This document shows, piece after piece, positions 23,616-39,460 of a stretch of 64,000 bases of DNA. The notes beneath the pieces were generated by a model. It was not told the origin of the DNA and did not search any database. It saw only the letters and a list, made by a program, of their open reading frames with translations. The DNA comes from Vitrella brassicaformis CCMP3155 (Eukaryota > Protista > Chromerida). Numbering within the stretch: the stretch's first letter is position 1; the number at the start of each line of letters is the position of its first letter. The translations under genes were made by a program, and so were the position numbers. The stretch covers positions 1 through 64,000 of the forward strand of contig CDMY01000357.1 of the NCBI GenBank assembly GCA_001179505.1, in the 5' to 3' direction.

Positions 23616-24745
23616 ATGAAGAGGCACCGCGCTGATTGGCTACGGCTGTTTATTGCAGTGGCTATGAGAGCTTCAATCACCTGCGCTTCCTTCCTCTTCT
23701 CGCCGTGCTGCCCTTCCGCATCGCCAGCGACGCCAGCGACGACGAATGAGATGGCACCGTTCCGTCGCCCAAGGCGGGCATTTGGGCGAGTAGAGCGACG
23801 AAGAAAGAGATCTCTAGCGCATATGAGAGGAGAGCGGCGCGCAGTGGGACGGAGATCTCTGCTCACAGAGTCAGCGCGTGGCGCCTTGGGTGTCGCATCG
23901 TCCCTCCTACTCAGCCCTTCTGCGGGAGCTCAGTGGCAGTTTGCGACGCCTGCACAGATGGGCGAGGCCGTCATCAAGAACACTCAACAGGTGGGCGGGG
24001 TAAGCGGGCAGAAGGGGATGGATGCAGCCACAATAGTCTGACTGGTGTGGTGTGGTTGGTGTAAGGGTGACATCGGTGGGATCATCGAGGCCATCGACAC
24101 ATTCTCCCGCAAGTCATGGATGATGAACGTCGGCGCCACAAAAGGAGGTGAGCCAGGCGGGCAGGCGTGCAATCAGGCAGACAGCGCGTTGGCTTCATTG
24201 AGTGGTGTTTCCGTTGGTCAGAGTTGTTGGAGAGGCTCTTGAAGGAGAGGCAGCCGTCGTGCGTGTTGGAGGTGGGCACCTTCTGTGGCTACTCAGCTCT
24301 CCACATGCTGCGGGCCCTACCGCAGTCAAGTCGTCTCACGACAATAGAGATCGACCCCGAAACCGCCGCCGTGGCCAGGAGCATTTTGGCGCATGCGGGC
24401 GTTGCTGACCGGATAGACCTGCGAGTTGGTGCGTCAGGGGACGTCTTGCCCAGCCTCAAAGGCCCTTTCGAGTTCATTTTCATGGACCATTGGAAGGGGG
24501 AGTATCTGAAGGACCTGCAGACGCTGGAGAGGCTCCGTCTTACCGCATCGGGAGGCACTCTGGTGTTCGACAATGTGAGATATCCGCCTGGCGGTGCGAG
24601 TGAGCTGTTGAGCTTCCTCGAGGACACATCTGATTATGACGTCGAGTTTGTGGATATCCCATTCGAGTATCGGGATGATATACCTGACGCTGTGGCTGTG
24701 GCACAGTACAAGCCGGGCAAGGGGGCGGGGGGCATACTCATGTGA
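23616..24745 (+). CDS. COMT: Catechol O-methyltransferase family protein with a tripartite (signal, transit, Tat) presequence
   Basis: IEAIDTF...WMMNVG..KG, VLEVGTFCGYSAL, TIEID, FIFMDHWKGEYLKDL and LVFDNV. Three exons. Presequence ends RRSLL...SAGA. Confidence 0.9.
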
Positions 24746-25050
24746 TGGATGGATGGAGGGGTGTTTGACGTCATTCTGACGGACCTCTGTTGATGAATCA
24801 GTCCGTCATATCTTTTCCCATGTTAACATTTCACATTGCCACACAGCGGACATCTGTCTGCATGAATGCAGCGAGTCCGTCAGGTCCACGTCGCATGCAG
24901 CCATCAGCCGCCATATATGCACACACACGGCACGGCACGGAGAGCTGCTTTTCGCAGCAGCCAAAAACTTGCTTGTCATGGATGCAAAACACTCAGCACT
25001 CACTCTACCCGATCCATCGAGCTGAATCCTCTTAGAGTCTCACAAGCTAG

Positions 25051-27589
<2,539 letters not shown>

Positions 27590-27624
27590 GGAGGGGATTG
27601 TTGCCCGCAGCGCTGCTGAAGATT

Positions 27625-27631
27625 AGCTCGC
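27625..27631. promoter_or_regulatory. Candidate promoter motif AGCTCGCAAA upstream of LAP
   Basis: ttagctcgcaaa, 36-75 bp from the LAP start codons. This promoter is not bidirectional. Confidence 0.55.
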
Positions 27632-28290
27632 AAAGCGATCGTCGCTCTCCGACACGCAAGCGTCGTTTATGCATGGCCACGTGGAGACGGAAGAATTCAT
27701 CAACATAGCCGTCCAATGATGTTTGCACTGCAATGGAGCGATACGAAGAGGCAGGGCAGTACATGAATGGTGACAACTCATGCATGCACGTACTCGTAGT
27801 ACAGAGCTCCCATCGAGGCAGCAGCGCTCGAGCTGCGAACGTCACTACTCTAATGGCACAGCTACGACAGATGGGCGGATCAACCGCACACAAAGGGCCA
27901 CGCTACTAGTAGACAAAGAAGAGCTAGGAAGTGCCAGCTACGACGGGCACATGCGCAGCACAAGGGTGCGACGTTGATTCAACGGTACACCTGACGTTTG
28001 CAGCATGTGGCCGGACCTACCCGACGTGTCTGGAGGAATACATGATGTCGACTTGTCCCCGTGGAATGTCAACTGAGGCAGACGAGACACGTCATGCATG
28101 GTGCACAAGGTCGTCTCTTGTAGTCTGTTCGCTAACCTGTAGCTCATATGCAATACTCTGTTCCCACACTTTGGACCAGACACCGACGTACACTTCACCC
28201 TGCGATCGTTCTAGCAAGCCATCGTGCTGGAAGAAATGCATCAATCAGCACAGAGGGGAAGAAGTAAGCACGCACAAATCAGTCGACGTT

Positions 28291-31200
28291 CTAGCTTACC
28301 TCCACACTCAGAAGACCATCGGGAAGGAACACATCCGCTGTGAGTTGTCGCTGCCAATACTGTGTCTCGAGCGACTGGCTGTAGCGATACGAGCCCACAG
28401 CCTCACCCACGATCAGTCGAGGAGCCGTCAGTCGGACATCATGCAACACCACCCCTGACATCGACAAACCGTCCGTCCAACCAGCAGCTGCCCAGTCGGG
28501 TCGCTGCAGCAGGGTTGGATCGACACCAGCCACCATTTCAGGTGCAAGCGGCATCTCGTACGCGGCCGTCTCGGGCTGTGGAGGATTGACAGGCAGCAGC
28601 GGAGGGGGCCTCAACACTGGCGCGCGGACCGTCACCACGTGAGAGATGACGTATCCATTGGTGTCATTGACGCGCTGTCGGCGGCCATGAATGTTGTCGG
28701 GGAAGGCACAGATCGGGAGACGGAAGAAATGCCACTGCATTGGGTTGAGTGGCTGGGTGGTGAAGAACAGCTCTCGATCTGCGGCCTCGTCTGATCCGGG
28801 CTGGAAAAATGGATCGGGCTGGGCGGGGTCGGTCGCTGTCACGGACTGCGTATGCACATCGGCGAGCCAGACGGCAGCACTGGCCATGACTGTCGCAACC
28901 TGACAAGATGAACAGAGACGTGGACGACCAACAAGCTCGGTGTTTCCTCTACACCTCTGCTGTGTGAAATATATGTCTTCCCTCTGCATCAGGTGTGAGC
29001 TCGTATGCAACCTGAGACATAAAGCACAGACCAACAGGCAAATGGCTGACTGACACAAGAGTAGACCGTCTCGCACTCGCTTGATCGCAGAATGATCCAA
29101 TCCACGGCTCGCTGCATCGGCACCCCGACCCCTGCCACACGCCTCTCCCGCGACACAACTCACCTTCAGCTGTGACGCCATCTGGCGGCTCAGCCGACCC
29201 TGAGATGGTGCAGTGTGGGTCCAGCCGCTCGAACAGGCCGCTGACGACAAGGGAGTAGGGCTGCGGGGCCCTTGGGAGGCTGTCGGCCACAACCCACACT
29301 ACACAGATACTCTCGTCACTGGGAAGGGATCGCGGCACAGCTGGCGGGGCCATGGGGGTTTGAGGAGTGGGGGCTGTCGACTTGTTGGACAGAGCGTCAG
29401 CCGGTGGCATGGTGCTGTAGGTGTCTCTGTAATCCGTCGCTGCATTGACGCGCGGAGAGTCGACAATGATGACCTCAACATTGTTAAGTGTGTCGGCTGA
29501 AGCTCCACCATTGCCCTGCGCAGGGCGAACCAGGAGGCCACTCACGTGAAGTACCCTTACTTGCTGTCTGAAAGAAAGCATACGTATCGTGTTGTCCATT
29601 GGTTGTGTTGGCACTTCATGATGAGGTGGACATCGTTGATGAGGGGTACGGCGGCTGCAGGAGCCGACGGGGCATCCGTCCATGTGAGCGACACCTACAT
29701 ACCATTAGAAAGCGAGAGCCCCTTCACCCAACGACGGTTGTCTGGCTGTCTTCATTCTTTCGTGCTCACTTTGAACGCGTAGGGGAGAGTCACTCTCTGT
29801 TCTTCCAGCCTTCTTATTCGTGCGCTGTTCATGGTGATGCAGTACCGGTGGGCATCGCCATCGTCATACAAGAGGCCCTGCAGCACTTCCAAACTGCACT
29901 TAACAGCAGAAGACGTTCCGTCTCGGAAGAATTTGCATCGTACATGTCTCATCACCTCAGCTCCCTTTGCAGGGGCGCCGCATCGTTGTTTTTGAAGGGC
30001 AGCAGTCGACCCAGCTGTACGGCTCCGAAGCCGACCTCGGTGTCATAGGGCCGTGATGAACTCTGGCCTTCGAAGTAGCCCGAAGCGACAATCATCGCCT
30101 TCAGTGTGCTCGATCGGAGGTGGGAGCCTGGCGGGGCGGACGGCTTTCCCTGCGCCTCTTGTAGCAGCCCCTTGCGCAAAAATTCCCTAATCAGTGCTGT
30201 TGCGGCAGCAACGAAAGGTGTAGACTGTGAGGTGCCTTGCAGGCTCTTCTGTGAGCACGACGCGCTCGCATCAGCACTAAGAATGGCATCGCCTGGCGCC
30301 ACTACGTCAGGCTTGATGCGGCCGTCACTCGTCGGGCCTGAAAAAAAAAGGTCAGCGGTGCAAGCGTCGTATTCATTTGTAGTATCGTACCATATGCAGA
30401 GAACCATGCCCTTGTCAGGAAGAGCTTGGTGTCAGAGAGATGAGGGAGTGACACTGTGACCTCCAGTGATGTCTCGACCGTGACAGTTGCTGGTCCGCTC
30501 TCGGATGAATACATCATAGTGTAATTCCGACCAGCTGATTCTTTCAGAAGGCTTTTGAAGGCTCGTCCATCCTCTGCACTTATCAGCAAGGCCGGGATCC
30601 TACAAGTCACACGTCAGAGATACTAAGTGAACAACACATCTTTTATTGTCTGTCGGTCTTACTTGACGGCTGTCGCCATCGCTGCCTGGTCCGGCGGCAC
30701 TCCCATAATCACATCCCATGCGTGCTGGCCATCAGCCGTATTGTACACCAGTACACCGTCGCCGCTGACATTCTGGACATTCAGAGCTTTGGTTAGGAAG
30801 CTGCACCTGCCTCGCGCAACCAGCACCACGAAGCCTTGCAGAGAAAGCAGCCCGACTTCCACCAGATAGCTCGCCAGCAAATCGGGATCACAGCCATCAG
30901 GGGGGTCGCCTGGTGCCAGCATGAGCTCTTTGTTATCGATGAGGCCAATGGCATAGTCAGATGATTCCCAGACGGGGCCGAACACGGCAGGCGATGCACT
31001 CATTTCTGCTGGAAGAGACGGCAGTACCGCGGACCGCAGTAGCTCCTCAACATGGACTCCTGATGCTGTTGGAGAAGTGGCAACAGACGACACCGGGTCG
31101 CACCCTTGTACCACGATATCGTTGGATGTGCTGTAGCGGCAGCCAGGGGAGACATTGAATGAGGGGCGAATGACGAGAAGCTGCCATGGCAGACGCATGG

Positions 31201-32990
31201 GGTATGCATTCCTAAAGAAGCGAAAAGGACGCCGTCCATGTCTGCATCCGTTGATGAATGGATTTGCTCACTTGTTCGAAAAGGTCGCGCCGACCGAGAG
31301 CACGTTTTTGGCATGTGCTGGCGAGTCGACATTCCGGCCGCCCTGCTTGGGCGCATTTCCAGACGGAAAAACAGCTAGGAAGCCCTCATGGCTGCGCAAG
31401 TAGGCATCCACCTGGAAACCAAGAAGAAATCACACACAATGTCTCAACCCCACCGACTGACGTGCGCGCTCACATCGACGTCAAATGTCGTGAGCCCCTC
31501 ATGGTCCTGGCTGCCCCAGGAGCTCGACGCAATAGAGGCGCCCAGTGCACGGAAGTTATCGAAATAGCTGCAACAATGAAAATATCGAGTCCAGTCCTTC
31601 TTGAGCAGATCCGGAGGGCATACCTGTTCTTAATGTTAGCGGGGACGCTGAATCTGCCGCCAGACTGCAGGTCGATGAAGGCCAGCTTCGCTAGTGGCGC
31701 CAGCCCCGAGCCCAGGGTCACATTTTCACCATGAAACGTCAGTACAGGCGGGCCGTTGATTTCTTGCTTTGGTTGCTGCCTCGATCCTGCGAGACACGCC
31801 CCCACATGGGTACCATGGCCATTGACCTACTGGCACAGGCAGGGACAGCATAAGCTGACAAACCGGGCCATCGCACCGTCGTGCTCACGGGATCGTCTCG
31901 GAAGTCGCCACTGAGGGATTGGTAAGACACAATCTTGCGGTGCAAGTAGTTGAGCGAGTTGAACGGCACCTCGTTGGACGTACCACTGTACCAGCAGCTG
32001 TCTCCTGCCACTCCACTGTCTCCAACACCGATGAGCTCCCCTTCCCCGAACAGCCCCTGCGACCACAGAGGCCAGAAGCTGCTCGCTGACTCCTCGGTGA
32101 GCCCGTGCGCCGCAGCAGTTGCCATAAAAAAAATCGCTCTGCATCACTTGTGTGGCTATCTGGCTTTCTACCCTGAAGCTCCTCTGCACCTCGATCGCTA
32201 CTACAAGAGGCTGGCGAGCGACCCACTCGACCGTCCTCCAGCAAGCTTCGGGATGGATGTCTACAAGGAGTACTTGCATCCTCGTTTCGTCCTCCCATTG
32301 TACTTGCAGCGATTGATACGCCCTCGTAGGATCGGAGCGCCCAATTCGCGCCGGCCATTCAGATATTGAGCTCCGCGATTGGACGTCTTGAAGAAGCAAG
32401 ACTGTGAGATTGAGAGGCGAGGAGGCTGTTTGACACCTCGAGTAGAGGAGTTTGTCCACCTTTGCACTCAAAGGCAGAGGAATGACATCAGAAACGTACG
32501 GCAATCCCTTCAGAACTCGCCATGCTTCTTCATTGTCCGGCTGCAGCGTGCTGTTTCTCGCCACATGATAGTGGTGCCGCGGAATATAGTCTACCACTGC
32601 AAAGCCAGCAGCAATGATAGCCCCCTCGACACTCTGCCTCAAAAGCCGCTTCGGCGAACGATTAGCGTCTGAAGTTGAGATCTTGACAGTCACAAGCCAC
32701 TGATTTCCATCGGTTTGCCGTGAGAGTGACCGCAGAGATGGCTCCTTTTCATCCAAAGCACCCTCAGAAGAGCCCGCCTCAAGTCGGTAATTACGCAGTG
32801 ACGGAAGGGGATTGGACTCTCGACGCTGCCGCCGGTGGTAGGTAGGGGGTGCCACTCCATAAGATGGATGGAGAAAGGGTGTCCACGAGCAAGAGATGAC
32901 CAGCATCTGCACGAGTAGCATCTGCACAGTCCACAACTTGTCGCCACCAATCACCATTGTCAGTGCAGAAAGTTCCGGCAATGGACACAT
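28291..32990 (-). CDS. S8 subtilisin-like protease (KP-43/TagC type) with inserted PA domain, beta-barrel and EGF-like domain; one apparent frameshift
   Basis: Triad GDSG / HGTHV / GTSQSTP, oxyanion SGNA, GPTSDGRIKPD. PA domain ARGRCSFLTKALNVQ; LTWTD...LIND...NNVE; EGF CRGRGVW...CRCSEPWIGSFC. The prodomain frame is offset from the catalytic frame at a T8 run (32126-32133). Confidence 0.9.
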
Positions 32991-33053
32991 GCATTACGCT
33001 TACATCCGCCCCGCATACCGAAACCCCTGAATGCAAAAGGCGAAAGTCACCAT

Positions 33054-33060
33054 GCGAGCT
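33054..33060. promoter_or_regulatory. Candidate promoter motif AGCTCGCA, subtilase/hypothetical spacer
   Basis: tgcgagct between ATG 32990 (-) and ATG 33169 (+). Confidence 0.5.
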
Positions 33061-33168
33061 CAGACGTCAAAGCACGCAGACGCTGATCGGGTCTCCTCCT
33101 CGCACAGTCGTCCTTATCACATCGGTGATCAGCATCTTCGAAGATCTTTCCCTGTCACCCTCGCGAAG

Positions 33169-34063
33169 ATGGGCGATGAAGATGCGCCACCACCACGGCG
33201 ACAAGCGTCATCGGACTCGCCCAGCAAGCTCCCACGACGGCAGATCCAGCCACTCAGCAAGACGGCAACGTCATCCAGTTTGTCGTTATCTCAGAGGGAT
33301 TCATCGTCGCGCCTTGCTTGTGCCTTTTTGCCGAGCATCCTGCTCATGTGGTTGATGGGACTCGTCTGCAGTCACGAACGGTCCCCACGCACGCCAATCC
33401 ATCCCCTATCCCCCCTCACATCCCTACCTGCGGACCCTCCCATCCCATCTGCGCATCTGTCCAGCCGCGTGCGGCGAGTGCCATTCGGTGGTTCATCTGC
33501 GAGGCGAGGTGTGGCATATGTGCCCCCGACTCAGTTGACAGCATGGGAGATCATCAAGGTGTTTTCACGGCTGAGGACATGCCGGGGAGAGGATGGCCCT
33601 GGACCCCATGTGTCATTCGAGGAGCGGCAGAAGCAGCTCTTCCAAGGCCAGAGGTCAATCACATTCAAACAGTTCAAAGAAAGGGTACGCGAGGCAGACT
33701 CACACGAGCAATCATTCGTCCACACCAAGATGCCTACCGGCTGCTGTTGATCGGTGTCAGCTTCCGACGATGCCAGCTCGTTGGTTCACGTCTGAGGTGC
33801 CCAACCGGCAGTACGGCAATTTACTGACGGAGCCTCTGCAGCCTGAGACTTACGAGTCGGTCTTCAAGGCGCTGTCCGGCTGGAAGGACGAGCTCACTGT
33901 GGCCGAGTTCACTCGCAAGGTGGACCACCACGTGCTGGCAGGCAACTTCTCTGGCTTTCTGAAGGTGCTGTTCGACCTCGAATTCGAGCACTACGATCAG
34001 ACACACGTGAGGGAAGTGAACAGGGCACAGCAGAAGAGGGCGGCGCGGAGCAAGGCCATGTGA
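33169..34063 (+). CDS. Hypothetical protein
   Basis: Coding-like segments WEIIKVFSRL, FEERQKQLFQG and LQPETYESVFKALSGWKDELTVAEF...RAARSKAM*. Exon joins unresolved. Confidence 0.5.
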
Positions 34064-34565
34064 GGGGGATGGATGGATGGATGGATGGATGAGTGTCGCA
34101 TGCTTGAACGGGCCAGATGTGTTTTGTGGTGGAATGTGTCTGGTGTGCTGTGGAGACTGCGCTTGGCAAGGCCAGGCCGCAGCACGCACGTGTAGACTAG
34201 AGCAGTGAGTGACTGGGGTGTAGAGGCGTGTCGGTTTATGGATGCAGGCAGCGGTTGTGCGTCCATCGTGCGCGTGCTAGTGAGAGTCGCAAGGCGACGA
34301 ATCGACTGGGTTTTGGATGACACAGCTGCAGTCGTCCCCAAATTACACGGTGTGCCTGCCTTTAGATCGATCTGAGTGAAGTGTCTCACCATGTGCGATT
34401 GGTTCATGACCTGTTCACGTGTGCCGATGTCAGCAAAAGACATCGAAATATAAAACGTAGACACCGATGTGAGAAAGCAGAAAGGAGAGACAAGCAACCC
34501 ACACACACCACCAGACCACTCGCCCAAACATACGGCTGAGACTGTCTCACCAGAGGCTGGTCCAG

Positions 34566-35595
34566 AGCCAGCCATCGACGGTTCGAAAACCGGGTGTAAT
34601 GCAGTTACACCCCTCCAAATCCTATCCCTTTCACTCCCCATTCCCTCACTCAAACGAACATACATACATACAGACAGACAGGCGTATGGGAGGACGATGA
34701 AAAAGACTCCACCCACCCCTGTACCGTACCCCTCCCCCTTTCACCTTAGAAGACAGAGCCTTTCTTTGTCAATCACACCCAACACGCATGGCCGGCCTCA
34801 CTCCCTGCCATACGCGTGTTAATCAATGACATGCACTGCACTGCACTGCACCCGCTCGCCCGCCCGCCCCTCCTCGTTTTAAGCAGTCACATCCCCCAAA
34901 TCCTATCCCTTTCACTTCATCGTGTGAGACCCAGCACATCCATGAACACAGACACACCATCCATCTGTCAACCCCCCAACCCCTCCCTCACTCAGACGCA
35001 CAGACAGACAGGCGTACACGACAGCCTCCCCCCGTCCCTCACTTAGACAGGCAGACACACAGGCGTACACGACCCACTCACCCCGTCCCTCACTCAGACA
35101 AACCGACTGACAGATAGATAGATAGGTAGATAGACAGACAGACAGACAAGCGTACATCCCGCCCAGCCCGCAGCCAGATCGACAGACAGCGATATCTCTC
35201 TCTCTCGTGTTAAGCACTCACACTCCCACCAGACACACACATGCCCTGCACCCGCCCCCNNNNNNNNNNNNNNNNNNNNNNNNNNNNNNNNNNNNNNNNN
35301 NNNNNNNNNNNNNNNNNNNNNNNNNNNNNNNNNNNNNNNNNNNNNNNNNNNNNNNNNNNNNNNNNNNNNNNNNNNNNNNNNNNNNNNNNNNNNNNNNNNN
35401 NNNNNNNNNNNNNNNNNNNNNNNNNNNNNNNNNNNNNNNNNNNNNNNNNNNNNNNNNNNNNNNNNNNNNNNNNNNNNNNNNNNNNNNNNNNNNNNNNNNN
35501 NNNNNNNNNNNNNNNNNNNNNNNNNNNNNNNNNNNNNNNNNNNNNNNNNNNNNNNNNNNCTCCCCCAGCCACAGCCAGCCATCGACGGTTCGAAA
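34566..35595. repeat. Low-complexity and tandem repeats flanking the gap
   Basis: Roughly 50-bp units (cactcagac...acaggcgtacacgac...ccgtccct) at 34981-35140. A 23-mer agccagccatcgacggttcgaaa at 34566 and 35573; ccaaatcctatccctttcact at about 34615 and 34896. Confidence 0.7.
35260..35559. other. Assembly gap (300 N)
   Basis: Run of N. Confidence 1.
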
Positions 35596-35650
35596 GCCGT
35601 GCGCCCTCGCTAAGCCATCTGGCACGTACAACCACTGCCCTCTCACCCAC

Positions 35651-36666
35651 TTACCCCCCGGCACGAACTGCGTCTCGCATTCGTGGACCCATCCCCCTCT
35701 CAGCCGCACCAGCCCCCACGGCAGGTATATGTTGAAGGTCTCGTTGACCCATTTCACCTCGCCGACCTGTTGGGGCGGGGGGGTGATGGGGAAGATGGGC
35801 AGGGAGCGGTGGGCGTGTCTGGGCGGCGGCTGTGAGGGGGGACCTCCAGACAGGACTGGCAAAATGCGTCTGACGCCGCCTCGACCAGTGGGAGGGCCCG
35901 CGAACGGTCCGGCGACGGCGAGCTGGCAGCTGCAGCCATCGTGCTGGCGAACGGCTGACCGGCCCCCGACAGAAGCGATCTCTCTGCCTCACTCTCGTGC
36001 TGCGGGGGCCGGGGGGGCCGTGCTGCTGACGACGAAGGCGCTGCCGGCTGGTGCAGGGGTGGAGTAGTGCTTCCGTTCTTCCTTCATCTTCAATGAACAC
36101 GCCACAATCGCCGCTTCCACTATCAGCACACATACAACCATACCTACGAAGAAAACAATGTGTGCACCTTTCTACATTGAGACATGCATCTGCGTCTTGT
36201 CTGTCAGTCTCTCCTTACACTGCGCAGGGGTAGGCTTAGCTGCACGCACCGCGTGACGGATGGCTTCACTGAGTGCCGTGCCCTCCTCCTCTTTCAGCCC
36301 GTCCCTTGGTCTCATAACGCGCTCCTCGGCCTGGATGACACGACAGCATGCATTGATTGCCGTCGTTCCCTCGTCCCGATTCACATTGATTGCGTACCTC
36401 GATTGGCATTTGGTTGACCATGTTGCGAACGTTTTTATCGGTGAAGTGGGGGTCAAGATGGACGGCGATGACGGCCCGAATAGCCGCGAACGAGGGTGTG
36501 CGCCGTGCTCTTCAGCGAATTGCTGTGCATACGGGCTGTTGAATATATCACCGACCTCATCTCTCGACATCACGGTGACGTCACGCCGATCCGCAGAGCA
36601 GGGCTCTGGGACTGGTTGAGGCTTCGCCCGGGATACGCCAAGCTTGGAATATAAAATGTAGGCAGC
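35651..36666 (-). pseudogene. Decayed paralogue A of a lineage-specific family
   Basis: DIFNSPYAQQFAEEH is out of frame with FAAIRAVIAVH...MPIE|AEERVM because of a deletion at 36490/36491 relative to copy C. Confidence 0.55.
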
Positions 36667-36817
36667 AATCTGGATTCATGTGTCTAAAGGACAAGAGAGA
36701 GACGCAAACAGAACGCCAAGAAAGGAGAGTCCCCTCTTTTCTTGTCCCAATGACTCTTTGTTCCCCGCCTTCTTCTCTGTCCCAGCCCTGCCTACTTGGT
36801 GTGGCCATCTTGGTCCC

Positions 36818-39460
36818 TCATGGCCACGAGACGCTGCTCCCACCGCAGGGCCCACAACGTGTCGCGTCGGACGGCGGCCTCGGCCGGATTGATAGTGTCG
36901 TCCTGGGCCTCTGCTGCGGCAGCCTGCTGACCCGAGATGCTGCGATAAATTCTCGTAGAAGCCGCCCCTTACCAGGTGGCGCATCATCATCCCCGAGGCA
37001 AATGATGCCACCCCGCATCCCATGACCTCCGTATGCAGCAGCCTCTTTTGCCGCATCTTCTCGCTGAACTGGCGATGCGCCTCCCGCAGCTACCGCGGTG
37101 GCCTTGTCGTGTGTGGGCTCGATGCCCAGCCTGCTCTTCCAAACCGAGGCCGTCCGCTCATTGTCGGGCACTGCCAGGAGGCCCAGCTCAGGGGGCAGGG
37201 CAAAGTGCGTGAAGCGCGGGAGCTGACCGCGGGCCTCCCCCTCCTTCTCATTCAACACCACCTGGGCGTCCGAGCCATGCTGCTCTCACTCGGTCTCACC
37301 CTCTGGGCCGGTGATGGCGCCAGCGACGTCGAGTGGGAGAGGGGGCGGCAGGGGGAGGAGGACAGACCCAGAGGAAGACCTCCTTGCGCTGCAGGGCCAC
37401 CCAGTTAAACAACACAGCCTTCAGGAGGTTGTCAAGGGCGAAGAGGTTCGCCGACGTGCATGCCGTATGGTCCAGCGCAAACAGGGCAACGCCGCGCACC
37501 GCATTGGCGACTCTCTCGCGCAGGCTGGCGACGATTTCGTCCGTGAGTGAGCCGGAAGCCTCGCCGCTGATGGCCTTGAAATTAAACAGCTGCACGAAAT
37601 AGTGGTTGTCAACGTACTGACCCATGTCTGCAGTGGTCACAGACAGCACACACAAGACATATATGTACGCCTTCCTCTTGTCGCTGTGCAGTGTGTGTGA
37701 GACGTTTGCAGCCTACATTCGGGTTGACAGATGTCCATCCAGGGCATGGCCATGAACACGCACTCCTTCTCCGAAACCACCTCCTCCCCCCTCTTCTCTG
37801 TCAAAGTGGCGGGCGTATTGACGTCCGTTACACTTGCATAACAGGGCAGGAAGCCCCCGTCTGCAGAGTGGTTGCCGCCACCTTCTTCCCATGCCACCCA
37901 AGCGCCTCTGTGAGGTACCTGCTACCTCCTGAACTTGACCTCGGCAGCAAGTGACGCGACGTCATCGGCGCAGCGGTTCTTGAGGGCCCCGTTGGTTTCT
38001 CGGCGGATGATGACCACCTTGAAGGCTGCGTCTCGCTCGCCCGCCGTGCCCTTGAAAAGAGTGCCATGGTCCGCCTCGTGGGCCTTCTCAAACAGAGTCC
38101 AGGCCTCGCCGTTAGCCGCCGTCGAGACGAATGATGGCGACGCTGACGGAGATGCTGATCCCTGATGAAGGTTGTTTTCAGGGATAAACAAGGAGTGCGG
38201 GCTCTCTGCTGACGTCAGGCAGGCGCGGACCAGCCGATCCGCAGAGCAGGGCTCTGGCACTGGTTGAGGCTGCGCCCGGGACACGCCAAGCTTGGATACA
38301 AGTCGTCGAATATAAACTGTAGGCGGCGATATTCAAACTGAAGGAGACGAACAGAGACACCGGGAGCAGGCAGATGCATGTGTGTATGTGGTATGCCTAT
38401 GTCTATGTGTGTATGTCTCGCTATATGTGAGTCAACGAATGTATCCTCTGTGAGACGCACACTGTGTGAGCAGGGCGAGCAGGCTTAGCACACGCACAGC
38501 GATGGCCACCTCCCTGCGGACCTCCTCGACGTCCCGGCCGACAGTGGGGCGGGATGGCGGGCGCTGATGGCCTTGAAGCTGCTGCCGGCTGTGACGAATC
38601 GGCGAAGACGTGGCGGGACTCCTGCCTGGCGCTCTCGCCTCTCTCCCTGTGAGCATCATTGTTGTCGATCTGAAGGAAGTCGACGCCCTCCAAGAACTTC
38701 CTGCCGCTCTCGATAAGGACACGCATGCGCCTCACCAGCTCGTGGCTCTGCGCGAATGGTCAATGCAGGTGTACGAGCCGACGATGCGTTTTGTCCTCTC
38801 ACCGATTCAAATGAGCCAGACGGGGTCGATTCAGCACCAGCACCCATCACCATCATCTGCACGAGGTGTTGGATATGCAGGCAGACAAGTGACCTTTCAT
38901 GGCTCTCTCTTGCTTTGGTTACCTGTCACGGCAACGTCTGTTTTAATCTGGGCGGGCGGCGAGATGGCTGCAATGTCGGGGCCACTTGCAGAAGACGGCT
39001 CGCCACCTGCAGAGCAACACATCCCATATGTGCGTACGATACGAGAGTGTGTGTGTATCGCTCCATTTATCTATCGTCAAGTCGGTGTGTGAGCCGCTCT
39101 AGTAGCTATCGATCGCTTACCTGTGGATGCGGGCACAATCATGTCAGCGCCGCCAACACTATCCCCGACACGACCTACAGGCCGCGGCGCACAGCACGCA
39201 GGCAGACATGTGAGTGACACTTGTGTGCAGCCAGCCGTCGTGTGCCATGCCCGGCGTCTCGCGTACCGATGTCCATGCGATACGCTCCACGACCTGAGGA
39301 GTGCCCTCCACACAAACGGTGGGACATACAGCCAAAACACGCAACACATCCATACACACGTGTGCGTGGGTGGTGTGTGTACATACCTCCACTCTATACA
39401 GCCGCAGCTGCTGCTGCAGGGTGTTGTGCAGCATCCTCATCTAGGACGAGAGAAGGCACG
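36818..39460 (-). pseudogene. Decayed paralogous segments B and B' of unknown family
   Basis: FNFKAISG...SLRERVANAVRGVALFAL (37.4-37.6 kb) resembles SFKAISA / VRREVAIAVRVLSLLAL (38.45-38.6 kb, frameshifted). About 85 bp at 38233-38326 repeats 36585-36666. Confidence 0.45.
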
